64,000 nucleotides of DNA from an uncultured Chloroflexia bacterium (GCA_963752475.1 CAVVYR010000006.1:128001-192000); one strand, 5' to 3'. Shown: positions 48,340 through 58,809, counted from the stretch's first letter. Translations and numbers: made by a program. The notes: generated from the sequence alone by a model not told the origin.

Positions 48340-51051
48340 ATGCCCATGGTCCACCGTCGATCGCCCCTGCGACGTGCCTTCTCGGCCTTCCTGGCCGCGC
48401 TGATGGTCGCTTTGCTGTTGCCCGCGGCCATGACACCCGGCACCGTCGTAGCGGCCGGGACTGCGACCTGGGCGGCGCGCGCGGTGAGCAGCGCTGACGT
48501 GCGAGCGCGAGACCGGGAGTTGGTCTCCAGGCTGCCGGCCAACGCCAAGATCGGCTATCACCCTGAGACCGGTCGGGTCCGCTTCATCAGCGGCACGCCG
48601 GGCAAGCCTCTGACCGGAGCGCTCAGGGGCGTCGCCGCCGGCAACCGTCGTCTGACCGTGGCCGATGCCCGCGGCAAGGCGCGCAGGTTCGTCGACACCT
48701 ACGGCCCGCTCTTCGGTCTCTCGGACCCGGCCGGCGAGCTGCGCGTCCGTGAGACCACGCGCAACCTGGCCCCGGCCTCGGGCTCGGTCAGGACCGCTGG
48801 AGCCGGGCTGCCCAACGCCACCGTGCGGTTCGACCAGGTGCGTCGCGGCGTCGCCGTCCTGGGCGGCGAGCTCGTGGTGCAGCTGACCGATGCGGGCGAG
48901 GTGCTCTCGGCCACCGGCGAGGTGCTGCCCTCCGCGGCCGCCGCCCGCACCAAGCCCACCGTCGGCGTCAGGCACGCCCGCACGACGGCCTCGCGCTGGA
49001 TCGCTCGTGCGCTGGGCCGCAACGTCGCCGCCGTGTCCACCAAGTCGGAGGGGCTCGGCCTCTACGACCCGGGCCTGATGGACGATCCCCAGCTGGCTGA
49101 TGCCGGCACCCGCCTCGTCTGGCGCATCGACGCCCGCGTGCCGGCCACGAAGAAGAAGCCGGCCGACCGGCGCCTGATGGTGGTGGACGCGAGGAACGGC
49201 CAGGTGCTCACGAGCATCGGCCGCATCTTCGATGCCGCGGTCGACCGTCGCGTCTGCGACAACCGGAACCGACCCGGTGGTCCCTGGCACTGCGACGGGC
49301 CCTTCGCGCGCGTCGAGGGCCAGCCCGCGACTGGCATCTCCGACGTCGATGCGGTCTACCGCCTGATGGGCGTGACCGACGCCTACTTCCGCAGTCGCTT
49401 CGGGCGCGATGGGATCGACGGCAAGGGCGGACGCATGAAGGCCACCGTGCGCTACTGCCCCAGCTACGGCTGCCCCTGGCGAAATGCCGAGTGGCGCTGG
49501 GGACCACAGCAGGCGACGTTCGGGAGCGGCTGGGCCAAGGCCGACGACATCGTGGCCCATGAGTACACCCACGGCGTGCTCGACGCGGAGGCACCGCTCT
49601 ATTACCACTATCAGTCAGGCGCCATCAACGAGTCTTACGCCGACGTCTTCGGTGAGCTCATCGACCTCGCTTACACCGGTGGCAACGACGCTCCACGGAC
49701 CCGCTGGAAGATCGGGGAGGATACGCCCGGGGGTGCCTTCCGCGACATGCGCAACCCCACCCGCAAGGGGCATCCCGATCGCGTGCGTAGCCCCAAGTGG
49801 CACACCGGCGCCACCGACTTCGGCGGCGTCCACCGCAACAACGGCGTGGGCAACAAGGCGGCATACCTCATGGCCGTCGGTGGCCGCTTCCGCGGCTTCG
49901 CCATCAAGGGCATCGGGCGCGAGCGCACCGCGCGTGTCTGGTACCAGGCCCTCACGACGCGGCTGACCTCGGCCGCCAACTACATCGACCTCGCCGATGC
50001 ACTCGTCTCCGCCTGTACTGACCTCGCGGGCACCAACGGCATCGAGTTCTCGCACTGCCAAGCGGTGCGAGACGCCACGCGGGCCACGCAGATGCACGTC
50101 AGGCCCAGGAAGCAGGCGCCGTCCACGGCACCCATCTGCGGCCCGGCCAAGATGCCCTACGACGTCTTCGCCGATGACCTCGAGCGACCGGCCGGCGGGA
50201 CCTGGTCATACATGCGCTCGGTGGGGACGAAGAAGGGCTGGTTCTGGCCCCAGAACCCCAACAACCAGGCTGGCTGGGACGGCACCTGGGGCAGCGGCAA
50301 GGTCAACTTCTACGCCCCCGACTACGGCACGCGCATGGACTCCACGATGCGCATGACCAACGCGGTGGAGCTACCGCCCAACGCGTTCCTGCGCTTCGGG
50401 CACGGGTACGCCTTCGACAAGGACGCACGCAGGCGCTACGACGGTGGGGTGGTCGAGATCAAGGTGGGAGAGGGCCCGTGGCGCGGCGTCGGGGCGCTGT
50501 TCACCCACGGCCGCTACAACGGCACCCTGGCCAGAGGCACGGGCAACCCGCTCGCCGGGCAGCGCGCCTTCACAGGCAACTCCAGGGGCTGGGCCAAGGC
50601 CCGCATCAGCCTGGCCAGGTTCGCCGGCAAGAAGGTGAAGGTGCGCTTCCGCATGGTGTCCGACCGGCAGGTCGGTTCGCAGGGCTGGTACATCGACGAT
50701 GTGCGCATCTACAGCTGCGCGGCTGACCGCGACAAGCCCGATGGCGTGATGGTCATCGATGGTGGCGCGGCCACGACCGCGGACAAGCGGGTGCATGTCG
50801 CGCTCGACTACAGCGACCCCTCGACCTGGGTCAGCCGGGTGCGCATCTCGAGCAGCCCCAAGACCAGGAAGGGCCTCTTGCTCAGGGGCATCACGATGGA
50901 CGCTCGCGAGACGCTGGCCTGGGACCTGTCCGACACCACCTACGGCGGCGCCGGCAGGCCCGGGATGCGGCGGATCTACGCCCAGGTCCGGGACGCGGCG
51001 GGACGCTGGTCGCCGGTCTTCTCCGACGTCATCGAATGGGTGGCACCGTAG
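48340..51051 (+). CDS. Secreted M4 (thermolysin-like) metallopeptidase with C-terminal beta domains
   Basis: Signal peptide, FTP/PepSY-like prodomain, HEYTH, GAINESYAD, GGVHRNNG. Confidence 0.9.
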   Translation: MPMVHRRSPLRRAFSAFLAALMVALLLPAAMTPGTVVAAGTATWAARAVSSADVRARDRELVSRLPANAKIGYHPETGRVRFISGTPGKPLTGALRGVAAGNRRLTVADARGKARRFVDTYGPLFGLSDPAGELRVRETTRNLAPASGSVRTAGAGLPNATVRFDQVRRGVAVLGGELVVQLTDAGEVLSATGEVLPSAAAARTKPTVGVRHARTTASRWIARALGRNVAAVSTKSEGLGLYDPGLMDDPQLADAGTRLVWRIDARVPATKKKPADRRLMVVDARNGQVLTSIGRIFDAAVDRRVCDNRNRPGGPWHCDGPFARVEGQPATGISDVDAVYRLMGVTDAYFRSRFGRDGIDGKGGRMKATVRYCPSYGCPWRNAEWRWGPQQATFGSGWAKADDIVAHEYTHGVLDAEAPLYYHYQSGAINESYADVFGELIDLAYTGGNDAPRTRWKIGEDTPGGAFRDMRNPTRKGHPDRVRSPKWHTGATDFGGVHRNNGVGNKAAYLMAVGGRFRGFAIKGIGRERTARVWYQALTTRLTSAANYIDLADALVSACTDLAGTNGIEFSHCQAVRDATRATQMHVRPRKQAPSTAPICGPAKMPYDVFADDLERPAGGTWSYMRSVGTKKGWFWPQNPNNQAGWDGTWGSGKVNFYAPDYGTRMDSTMRMTNAVELPPNAFLRFGHGYAFDKDARRRYDGGVVEIKVGEGPWRGVGALFTHGRYNGTLARGTGNPLAGQRAFTGNSRGWAKARISLARFAGKKVKVRFRMVSDRQVGSQGWYIDDVRIYSCAADRDKPDGVMVIDGGAATTADKRVHVALDYSDPSTWVSRVRISSSPKTRKGLLLRGITMDARETLAWDLSDTTYGGAGRPGMRRIYAQVRDAAGRWSPVFSDVIEWVAP

Positions 51052-51078
51052 CCCACGGCGCCTGAGCGGGCAGCGGCC

Positions 51079-52038
51079 CTACTCGAAGCGCTCGATGTCG
51101 AGGACCACGCGGGCGTTGTCCTTGGTCGACTTGGCACCCCACTGCACCGAGCCGAGGCGGGCGCAAGCGTCGCCCTTCATGCCGATGACCGTGCGCACCT
51201 TCTTGTTCTGCTCGAAGAGCTGGATGCGCCGTAGCTGACCGATGTCGACGTCCTCGAGCTCCTCCTGCGCGATGACGGTGTTGGCGGCGACCGCGACCGG
51301 TCCGTCGAAGACGATCTCGATGGCACGGTCACCCTGGACGCGCCCGATGGCGTCGCCGTACTTCTCCTTGGCCGCGTCCGGGGTGGTCCACTTCATGGTG
51401 ACGGTGGTAGCCCTGGCGGCCTTCACCTTCTTGCCCGGGTTCTGCCGGTCCAGCCGCCAGTAGATCTGGTCGTACGTCGTGCCGTCCTCGGTCTCGCGGA
51501 TGGTGGCCTTCACGTCGGTCAGGAACCACTTGCCGCGGCTGAGGTCCTTGATCGCGCCGTTCTCGCAGCTGAACGTCTTCATGTTGGCCGTGGTGGCCGT
51601 TGGCGCCACCTCGTCGTCGAGGGGTTCCGTGTTCGCCACGGGTTCGTCGACGTTGGTGTCGACGGCCTCAGGTGCGGTCGTGGGCACGGGGGTGGGGGTC
51701 TCTGCGGGGCCGATGAGCCGGCCGCCCCCGCTGAGGAGGCCGCCGCCACCGGAGATGGCGAGGCTGCCACCGACCAGCAGCAGCGCTACGACCAGCACGA
51801 AGCCGACGGTGGCCGAGAAGCCCGAGCGGCGTGTCCGGGGAAGATCGACACGACCGGGTGCGACGCCACGCACCGGATCCTCGGACGAGGCGATGGGCAG
51901 GCCGCAGTTGCGGCACGTGCGCGCGCCAGCCTCATTGGTGAGACCGCATGCAGGGCAGGTGACGCCGGTTGGGGCTCCTCCCTGGGTCCACGGCTGAACA
52001 GGAGCGCCCCCGGGCTGGGGTCGGTTGGCTGATGTCAT
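51079..52038 (-). CDS. Zinc-ribbon membrane-anchored protein
   Basis: CPACG..CRNCG, a single TM, a Pro/Thr linker and an extracellular domain. Confidence 0.75.
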   Translation of the reverse strand: MTSANRPQPGGAPVQPWTQGGAPTGVTCPACGLTNEAGARTCRNCGLPIASSEDPVRGVAPGRVDLPRTRRSGFSATVGFVLVVALLLVGGSLAISGGGGLLSGGGRLIGPAETPTPVPTTAPEAVDTNVDEPVANTEPLDDEVAPTATTANMKTFSCENGAIKDLSRGKWFLTDVKATIRETEDGTTYDQIYWRLDRQNPGKKVKAARATTVTMKWTTPDAAKEKYGDAIGRVQGDRAIEIVFDGPVAVAANTVIAQEELEDVDIGQLRRIQLFEQNKKVRTVIGMKGDACARLGSVQWGAKSTKDNARVVLDIERFE

Positions 52039-52086
52039 CCGCGAGGATGGTGCCACAGCCTCCGGAAATCCGGGCCAGACAGGCTC

Positions 52087-53094
52087 CTAGGCTGCTCCCA
52101 CCGCGTCCTTGAAGGCCGGGATGACGTCTCGTCCGTAGGCCTCCAGCTGGGCCTCCTCGTCCCCGTTCATGAGGTAGACGTTGAACTGGTCGACGCCGGC
52201 TTCGTGCAGCTCGATGAGCCGGCGCACGTGCTCCTCGGGCGGGCCCACGATGCTGAAGCTGTCGGCGACCTCGTCGGAGACGAAGCGCGAGTTGTCCGAG
52301 CCGACCTCCGCGTGGTGGCGGTAGTCGTAGCCCTCGCGGTCGCGGATGTAGCCGATCAACGAGTCGGGTAGCTGCTCGCGGGGGTACTTGTTGACGAGGT
52401 CCACGACGTGGTTCGAGACGAGCGCCGGGAACCAGCGCACGCGCTCGCGGCACTCATCGATGGAGCCGACGTGCGCCGGCGCCGCCGCTTGCACCTTGAT
52501 CTCGGAGGGATCGCGCCCGACTTCGCTGGCGGCGCCACGCATGATGCCGATCATCCACTTGAGCAGGTTCACGTCGGCCAGCTGCAGGATGACGCCATCG
52601 GCGGTGCGGCCGGTCATGCCTAGCACCATCGGGCCGTAGCCGGCGATCCACACCGGTAGCGGGTCGCCCGGCGTCCAGGTCAGCTCCAGCTCGGTATCCA
52701 TGTAGGTCGCCTTGCGACCCTCGACGAGGTCCTTGATGATCTTGACCGCGTTGTCCAGCACGCGGGTCTTGACCGGGCCTTTGCCCAGCACGCGCTGAGC
52801 GCTGTCGCCACGGCCGATACCGAGGTCCATCCGCCCACCGCTGATCTCGTCGAGCGTGGCCAGCACGCTGGCGGTGACGGTGATGTCGCGCGTGGCGGGG
52901 TTGGTCACACAGGTGCCCAGGCGCATGCGCTCCGTGTTGATCGCCATCAGCGTGAGCAGGGGATACACGTCCTTCCACAGGATGTGCGAGTCGAAGAGCC
53001 AGCCGTAGCTGAAGCCGGCTGCCTCGGCCTGCTTGGTGAGGGCCACGGTGCGTTCGACGCTGTGTTCGGGCTTGAGGGTGAATCCGAAGTCCAT
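52087..53094 (-). CDS. LLM-class F420-dependent oxidoreductase (TIGR03842-like)
   Basis: MDFGFTLKP, WLFDSH, GTCVTNP, GIGRGDSA, GYDYRHH, NVYLMN. Confidence 0.85.
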   Translation of the reverse strand: MDFGFTLKPEHSVERTVALTKQAEAAGFSYGWLFDSHILWKDVYPLLTLMAINTERMRLGTCVTNPATRDITVTASVLATLDEISGGRMDLGIGRGDSAQRVLGKGPVKTRVLDNAVKIIKDLVEGRKATYMDTELELTWTPGDPLPVWIAGYGPMVLGMTGRTADGVILQLADVNLLKWMIGIMRGAASEVGRDPSEIKVQAAAPAHVGSIDECRERVRWFPALVSNHVVDLVNKYPREQLPDSLIGYIRDREGYDYRHHAEVGSDNSRFVSDEVADSFSIVGPPEEHVRRLIELHEAGVDQFNVYLMNGDEEAQLEAYGRDVIPAFKDAVGAA

Positions 53095-53149
53095 GAGCGG
53101 GGAGCCTACACGCCCGGGGGCCCGAGCGCGAATTGCTTCCTCGAGTCCC

Positions 53150-54327
53150 ACACATGCCCCTGGGTCGGTGCACCGGCCCAGGCACGGTCGCACGGCCTCC
53201 ACCGCCGGAGCGTGGGCCGGGTCGTCATATGGGCGTCGCGCCCACGGCAGGTAGAGCATGGCCAACATGATGGCCAACGTGAGGGGGCTGTAGGCAGGAG
53301 GGAGCCAGGACAAGGCCATGATCAGCAGGACCAGCGGGGTCCAGCGCTGGGCCAGCAACGCGAGTGGCAGCAGGAGAGTGATGAGGTAGTGCTCCCACAA
53401 CTGGCCCATGAGCAGCATCGAGGCGGCAAGCGTGATCATGTAGCCGAGTTCGCGATCACGTCGCAGGCTCGAGGCGACGATGCCCAAGCCGAGGACGAGA
53501 CTACCGAGCCGCAGCACCCCCAGCCAATCCTCGTCGATGCCGAGGTTCACGAGGGTGGCTCCGAGGTCACGGCTCTCCGACTCAGCGCCGGGCATGCGCA
53601 GGTTGAGTAGGACCGTGATGTAGTCGCGATAGCCCTCCACCCCGACCACGAGGGCGCTCAGGCCGACCAGGAGCAGGCCGCCGCCGATGGTCCATGCCGC
53701 CACAGCCCATCGTCGCCGCATCAACTGCCACACCAGGATCGCGCCGAGGCTGGGCCGGATGGAGATCGCGATGGCGACGGCGATAGAGCCGAGCGGTCGG
53801 TCGAGCCAGCGCCAGCCGAGCACGAGGGGCAGCAGCAACAACACGCCCACGTTCCCGAGGACGAAGTCGCGCACGACCCAGTAGGAGAACGTCGCCGCCA
53901 GGAACGTCAGTGCCCTCGTGCGCCGGCTCACCGGCATGAGCAGGCAAGCTGCGAAGAACGCGCCCATCCGGATCAGGTACCACAGTGAGACAGCGTCACC
54001 GATCTCCATCGCAGCTAGCGGCGCCAGCGCCACCCCGAACGGAGGGGCGTAGTAGAAGTAGCCGTACCCACCGGGTGTGAACGCGGTCCCCACGAGCTCG
54101 GCCGCATATAGCGAGCCATCCTCGATCAGTCGTGACGCCGCAGCAAGGTAGGCCTCGATGTCGAATCCCCAGTAGTCGCCGAGCACGGGTACTACGCTGC
54201 CGTCCACGACCTCGCCGTGTGGGTAGCTGAGGAACACGCGCGCTAGCCACAACAGGCCGATCGCGAACAGGCCCATGTCGACCGCCGCGTCGAGCAGGTG
54301 TCGGCGATCGGTCACGACCTTGTTCAC
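53150..54327 (-). CDS. GT87 (DUF2029) membrane glycosyltransferase
   Basis: GFDIEAY, YYAPPF, LGNV, LWEHY; its stop is apparently lost and it reads into the LLM gene; 3' end approximate. Confidence 0.75.
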
Positions 54328-55450
54328 GCCGCGGACTCCGCCCCGGACTCCGCGGCGGCCGATGCCTCCCCCAAGGGTTCCGGTCGCCCGGTTCGAGCGA
54401 TGAATGGCAGGAAGGTGGCTGTCATCGCGATCGCGGGATAGAGCACGGTCCACGACTCGTCGATGACCGGCAGCCAGGCGACGACGGGCAGGGCGATGGC
54501 CCAGGGTCGGCCGCGGTCCGCAAGGAGGGCCGCGGGCAGCACGAGCATGGATAGGTAGTGGTCCCAGAGCAGCGGGGAAAGAAGCAGCGAGGCTCCGGTC
54601 GTGACCATGAAGCCGACCTCGCTGGATCGGTCGCAGGCTCACCGGATGGCGACGATGGCGACCCCATAGCCGACCAACAGGGCCCCCGAAGCGGTGCCTG
54701 CGTCACGTCCACTCCAGGGCCACCGAGCCCAGGTCGTAGTTGTTCTCCACGCCGGTCAGATCGCTCAGGTTGCCGCAGCACCGTGATGTAGTCGAGGTAG
54801 CCGCCGATCCCCACGAAGGGCAACGACAGCACGACCGACCCGAGCGCCTGCCGATCGTCCACACAACCGCCCGCCAGCGACGACGGAGCGGTGCCAGATG
54901 AGCAGGATCCCAGGGGGGGGCGGATGGCCATGGCCATGGCCTGCCCACCGAGCCGGGGGGCTGTCCAGCCAGCGCCAGGCGATGACCAGCGGCAGCAGCA
55001 ACAGCACGCTCGCGTTGCCAAGCGCCATGTCTTGACCACGCCGAAGCTGAGCGCGGCCAAGCCGAACGTGGCGAGCCGAACCTGCGGGCGACCGGCATCA
55101 GCGCGCACGCTGCTGCCAGGGCCGCGACGTGGAGGCGGAACCAGGCCACATGCCGAGCTGTCGAAGTCAGCCGGTGGAAGGCGTCAAGGCGATCCCGAGC
55201 GGTGGCGTGTAATAGTAGAGCTCGAATGGACCCGGGCGGTACTCGGCCTACGGCGCTCGTCGGGATATAGCGTGCCGGTCTCGGTCAGTCGTTCGGCGGC
55301 GTTGACGTAGGACTGGTAGTCGTACCCCAGGCGGTCGACTGGGGTAGGAAGGCGTAGCCCAGCAGCAACCACAGTCCGCCGAGCGTGGCGAGGACGAGGC
55401 CGAGCAGGAGCGTGCGGTCGGGACCCGGGCGAGATCCGTTCGTCGGGCCT
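54324..55450 (-). CDS. GT87 glycosyltransferase paralog (heavily frameshifted)
   Basis: Fragments LGYDYQSYVNAAERL, LGNASVLLLLPL, LLSPLLWDHYL; start approximate. Confidence 0.65.
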
Positions 55451-55454
55451 CTCC

Positions 55455-56303
55455 CTACGGTCGGACGAGGTCCTCGTAGGCGTCGGGGCGGCGGTCACGG
55501 TAGAACTGCCATGTGTCGCGGACCTGCTTGACCATGTCCATGTCGAGGTCGCGCACGATGAGCTCCTCGTCGTGCGCATCGCCGATCTCGCCGAGGTACT
55601 GGCCCCGCGGGTCGCAGAAGTAGGACTGGCCGTAGAAGTCGTCGTCGCCCAGGGGTTCGATGCCCACGCGGTTGATGGTGCCCACGAAGTAGCCGTTGGC
55701 CACCGCATGCGAGCGCTGCTCGATGTGCCAGAGGTACTCCGACAGGCCCCGCGACGTGGCGCTGGGGATGAGCACGATCTCGGCACCGTTGAGGCCCAGG
55801 GCACGCGCGCCCTCGGGGAAGTGGCGGTCGTAGCAGATGTACATGCCGAACTTGGCGATGTCGGTCTCGAAGACCGGGTAGCCCATGTTGCCGGGGCGGA
55901 AGTAGAACTTCTCCCAGAAGCCCTGCACGTGGGGGATGTGGGTCTTGCGGTACTTGCCCAGGTACGTGCCGTCCGCGTCGATGATGGCCGAGGTGTTGTA
56001 GTAGATGCCCGAGGCCTTCTCGTCCTCCTCGTACATCGGCGCCACGATGACCATGCCCGTCTCCTTGGCCAGGTCCTGCATGCGCTGCGTGGTCGGGCCG
56101 TCGGGGATGAGCTCGGTGTACTCGTAGTACTTGGTGTCCTGCACCTGGCAGAAGTAGGGCCCGTAGAAGAGCTCCTGGAAGAGGATGAACTGCGCGCCAT
56201 CCTTGGCTGCCTGGTGAGCGTACTGCTCGTGCTTCTGGATCATCGACTCCTTGTCGCCCGTCCAGGTTGCCTGGACGAGGGCGCCGCGGACGATTCGGGT
56301 CAT
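55455..56303 (-). CDS. Nitrilase-family C-N hydrolase (beta-ureidopropionase-like)
   Basis: QELFYGPYFC, KYRKTHIP, FWEKFYF, ICYDRHFPE (E-K-C triad). Confidence 0.9.
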   Translation of the reverse strand: MTRIVRGALVQATWTGDKESMIQKHEQYAHQAAKDGAQFILFQELFYGPYFCQVQDTKYYEYTELIPDGPTTQRMQDLAKETGMVIVAPMYEEDEKASGIYYNTSAIIDADGTYLGKYRKTHIPHVQGFWEKFYFRPGNMGYPVFETDIAKFGMYICYDRHFPEGARALGLNGAEIVLIPSATSRGLSEYLWHIEQRSHAVANGYFVGTINRVGIEPLGDDDFYGQSYFCDPRGQYLGEIGDAHDEELIVRDLDMDMVKQVRDTWQFYRDRRPDAYEDLVRP

Positions 56304-56523
56304 GGGGCAGCCTCCAGCGGTGTCGTTCCTTCTGAGTCGAACGAGCGTACACCGCGATCCCAAGCGTTCGCGCGGTGAGGAAGGCGGAGAGGATGGCAGG
56401 CCTCCGGTCGTTTCGGTGACGGTTGGGTCGCCGACCGGTCGCTCGCGGCAGCAAGGGCACGGTCAGTCGGCCGTGTGCTGACGATGCCCCTCCCGCTGGG
56501 CGGCACGCGACCGCCCGATGGTC

Positions 56524-57822
56524 CTAGCGCAGGACGAGGAAACCGTTGAAGTCCACGCGCTTGGACGAGCCGATGGGCTTGATCGCGATGGAGTGCCTGC
56601 CTGGCTTGGCCCAGTTCTTGGCGAAGACGATCTTGCGCGGCGTGTTCTTGGGCCGATCGAGGTTGACGACGCCGGCGGACTTGCCGTTGACGAAGACCTT
56701 GACCTTGCCCATCCCGGGCCCGGTGCGCATGACCACGGCCACGGACCGCCCCTTGAATCGGGTCTTGACCTTCTTGTGCTGGGCCGCGGCGGTCTTGACG
56801 TTGCCGGCGAGCGTGACCCCGGCTGGGCCGCGCACCACGACACGTCGCGCCGGGGTGTAGGACCAAGGCCCCCAGTTGCCCTTGTTGTCCTGCGCGCGCA
56901 CGCGGAAGCGGGACTTGCCGTTGAGCTTGACCCACGCATCCGTCGAGGGAGCGCGGGGCCTGGCCAGCCTGACCGACTTCCAGGTTCCGCCGGCGATCTT
57001 GCGCTGCACCTGATAATGCTTCACGCCAGCGCCACGAGCCCTGGGCTTCCAGGACACGGTGGCGGCACCGACGGCGACGTCATTGCCGACCTTGAGCGCG
57101 ATCCTGGGCTTGGTCACGTTGGGTCCGGTCGACATGGACCACACGAACCCGAGGTTGGGCTTGAGGTAGGCCTTGAGGATCCGCTGGAACGTCCAGCCCT
57201 GCTGGGCACAGGCTTCCACGCTCTTGGCGTAGAGCTTCCAGCCGTTGGCGTCGGCGGCACAGCTGCCGGAGATGCCGGCCCGGTAGCCGGTCAGGAAGAA
57301 CTTGCCGTTCTTGCGCAGCGACAGGCCCCAGGTCTTGTCGACGGCCTTCTGCAGGCGCGCATCCGGCTTGACGTAGTGCTTGTACAGCTGATCGCTGGTG
57401 TCATCGAGGACGTCGTAGCACCTGCCGTTGTAGACCATGTGCGAGCGGTGGTTGCCCTCCATGGCGTGATACCAGGCGTACTGCTTGGTGAAGAGCGCAC
57501 CCGCCTCGAGCGTGGCCATCTTCAGGCGACTGGGCCACTCACCCGAAGCCATGACTCTCTTGACGTAGGTACGGAAGGGCACCTTCTCCACCTTGCCCAG
57601 GCGGCGGTTCAGCACCTTGATGCTGCGCGGCGGGGTGGTGATGCTCGTCCAGCCCGTGCAGGACGAGCCGGCTGCGACTGGCTCCGGGCTCACGACCTGC
57701 GGCACCGCCAGCACGGAGAGGGCGAAGATCGCGCCGAGCATGGAGCGGAGGACGGTGCTGCGGGTGCTGGAGCGGTCGGCTCTGAGGGGCGCCGAGCGGG
57801 CGCGATCGGATGGGTCAGGCAA
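56524..57822 (-). CDS. Secreted SpoIID/LytB-domain protein with FN3-like C-terminus
   Basis: AGGAGG + TTG at 57822; YVKRVMASGEWP..LEAGA, CYDVLDDTSDQLY, ILKAY, RVRAQDNKGNWG. Confidence 0.7.
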   Translation of the reverse strand: MPDPSDRARSAPLRADRSSTRSTVLRSMLGAIFALSVLAVPQVVSPEPVAAGSSCTGWTSITTPPRSIKVLNRRLGKVEKVPFRTYVKRVMASGEWPSRLKMATLEAGALFTKQYAWYHAMEGNHRSHMVYNGRCYDVLDDTSDQLYKHYVKPDARLQKAVDKTWGLSLRKNGKFFLTGYRAGISGSCAADANGWKLYAKSVEACAQQGWTFQRILKAYLKPNLGFVWSMSTGPNVTKPRIALKVGNDVAVGAATVSWKPRARGAGVKHYQVQRKIAGGTWKSVRLARPRAPSTDAWVKLNGKSRFRVRAQDNKGNWGPWSYTPARRVVVRGPAGVTLAGNVKTAAAQHKKVKTRFKGRSVAVVMRTGPGMGKVKVFVNGKSAGVVNLDRPKNTPRKIVFAKNWAKPGRHSIAIKPIGSSKRVDFNGFLVLR

Positions 57823-58160
57823 TCTATGCCTCCTGTGGGTCGCGCACGAACGCTGGGGCGAACGAGGGCGACGGTGCCGCACAGCGGAGGGCATGAGAAG
57901 GACGGGCCGGTTCTGGGTTCCGGACCGGGTGCGAGCACGTTGGGCACGTGTCGCGGAGGTCGGGCCTGTCGGGACACCTGGGGATGCCTCGGGGGGACTC
58001 GACGATCGACGCGATCGGTCACGGCTGACCGTGTGCGTCAGGCCCTGCCGCTGGGACGGCGGGTCTTGAGTTTTGAGCCTCGGTTGGCTTGGGCTTGTGG
58101 CCACAGCCTATCAGGGCGTCAGCCCCGTTGCAGACCCGCTATCGCACGGTTGGGGCTGAG

Positions 58161-58169
58161 TTATCCACA
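58161..58169 (+). promoter_or_regulatory. Single perfect DnaA-box sequence TTATCCACA
   Basis: Exact consensus next to hairpin TCAGCCCC..GGGGCTGA (58119-58159); function unproven. Confidence 0.3.
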
Positions 58170-58251
58170 GAATCGAAGACCGGGCCGCGACTTATGCGGC
58201 CCGGTCGGAAGTGCGATGTGGCCGCGTCTTGCGGCCTCTCAAGGTGCGGGA

Positions 58252-58809
58252 TCAGTCCTCGCGAGTGCGGAAGACCTGCCAGGCACCGACGAAGGCAGCC
58301 ACACCGGCGGCCCAGTAGAGCAGGCGGCCGATGAGGTGCATGAAGTCGGTCGAGTTCCCACCAAGGCGGGCCCAGCCGAGCAAGCTCATGAGGGCGAACA
58401 ACGCCAGCGATACGCCGAGCGCGCCGACGATGATCCGATAGGCCGTGCCGAAGTCGTAGTGACCCCAGCGATGGATCCAGATCGCCAGCACCGTGAGAAC
58501 GGAGACGACGACGACGAAGTTGTCGACGAAGATCCGATAGTCGAGCAGGAACTGCCAGATCAGGTAGACGGCGACGATGCCGCCCGCGGCGCCGAGCACG
58601 AACTGCTCCCCGGCGATCAGCTTCGCGCGGACATCACTGATCGCGGCCGTGGCCGCGGCCGTGGCTTGCGCCGTCTGTGATGGACCCGTCGATGCGGGCT
58701 CAGGCGCCGATGGCTCGGTGGGGGTCTTGGGAGTCTTGGGGGTCTTCGCGGCCTTCGTGGCCTTCGGAGTCTCGGGTGTCTCGGGAGTCTCGTTGTTCGG
58801 TCCGGACAT
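58252..58809 (-). CDS. Four-TM membrane protein with P(E/K)T-repeat N-terminus
   Basis: GGAGGG RBS, low-complexity N-terminus, hydrophobic helices. Confidence 0.7.
   Translation of the reverse strand: MSGPNNETPETPETPKATKAAKTPKTPKTPTEPSAPEPASTGPSQTAQATAAATAAISDVRAKLIAGEQFVLGAAGGIVAVYLIWQFLLDYRIFVDNFVVVVSVLTVLAIWIHRWGHYDFGTAYRIIVGALGVSLALFALMSLLGWARLGGNSTDFMHLIGRLLYWAAGVAAFVGAWQVFRTRED

Noticed and set aside
52087-54642. 851-aa GT87-LLM fusion protein
   Set aside because: The LLM has its own -10 box and canonical MDFG start, and the junction translates as non-protein-like sequence in an indel-rich zone. A lost stop is more likely.
58015-58080. c-di-GMP-I or c-di-AMP riboswitch on the minus strand
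   Set aside because: Only a partial GGGCCTGA..CAGCCG resemblance; the GACGCAAA/GNRA and ydaO core motifs are absent.
58161-58169. Replication origin
   Set aside because: A single DnaA box with no AT-rich unwinding region and no dnaA/dnaN nearby.
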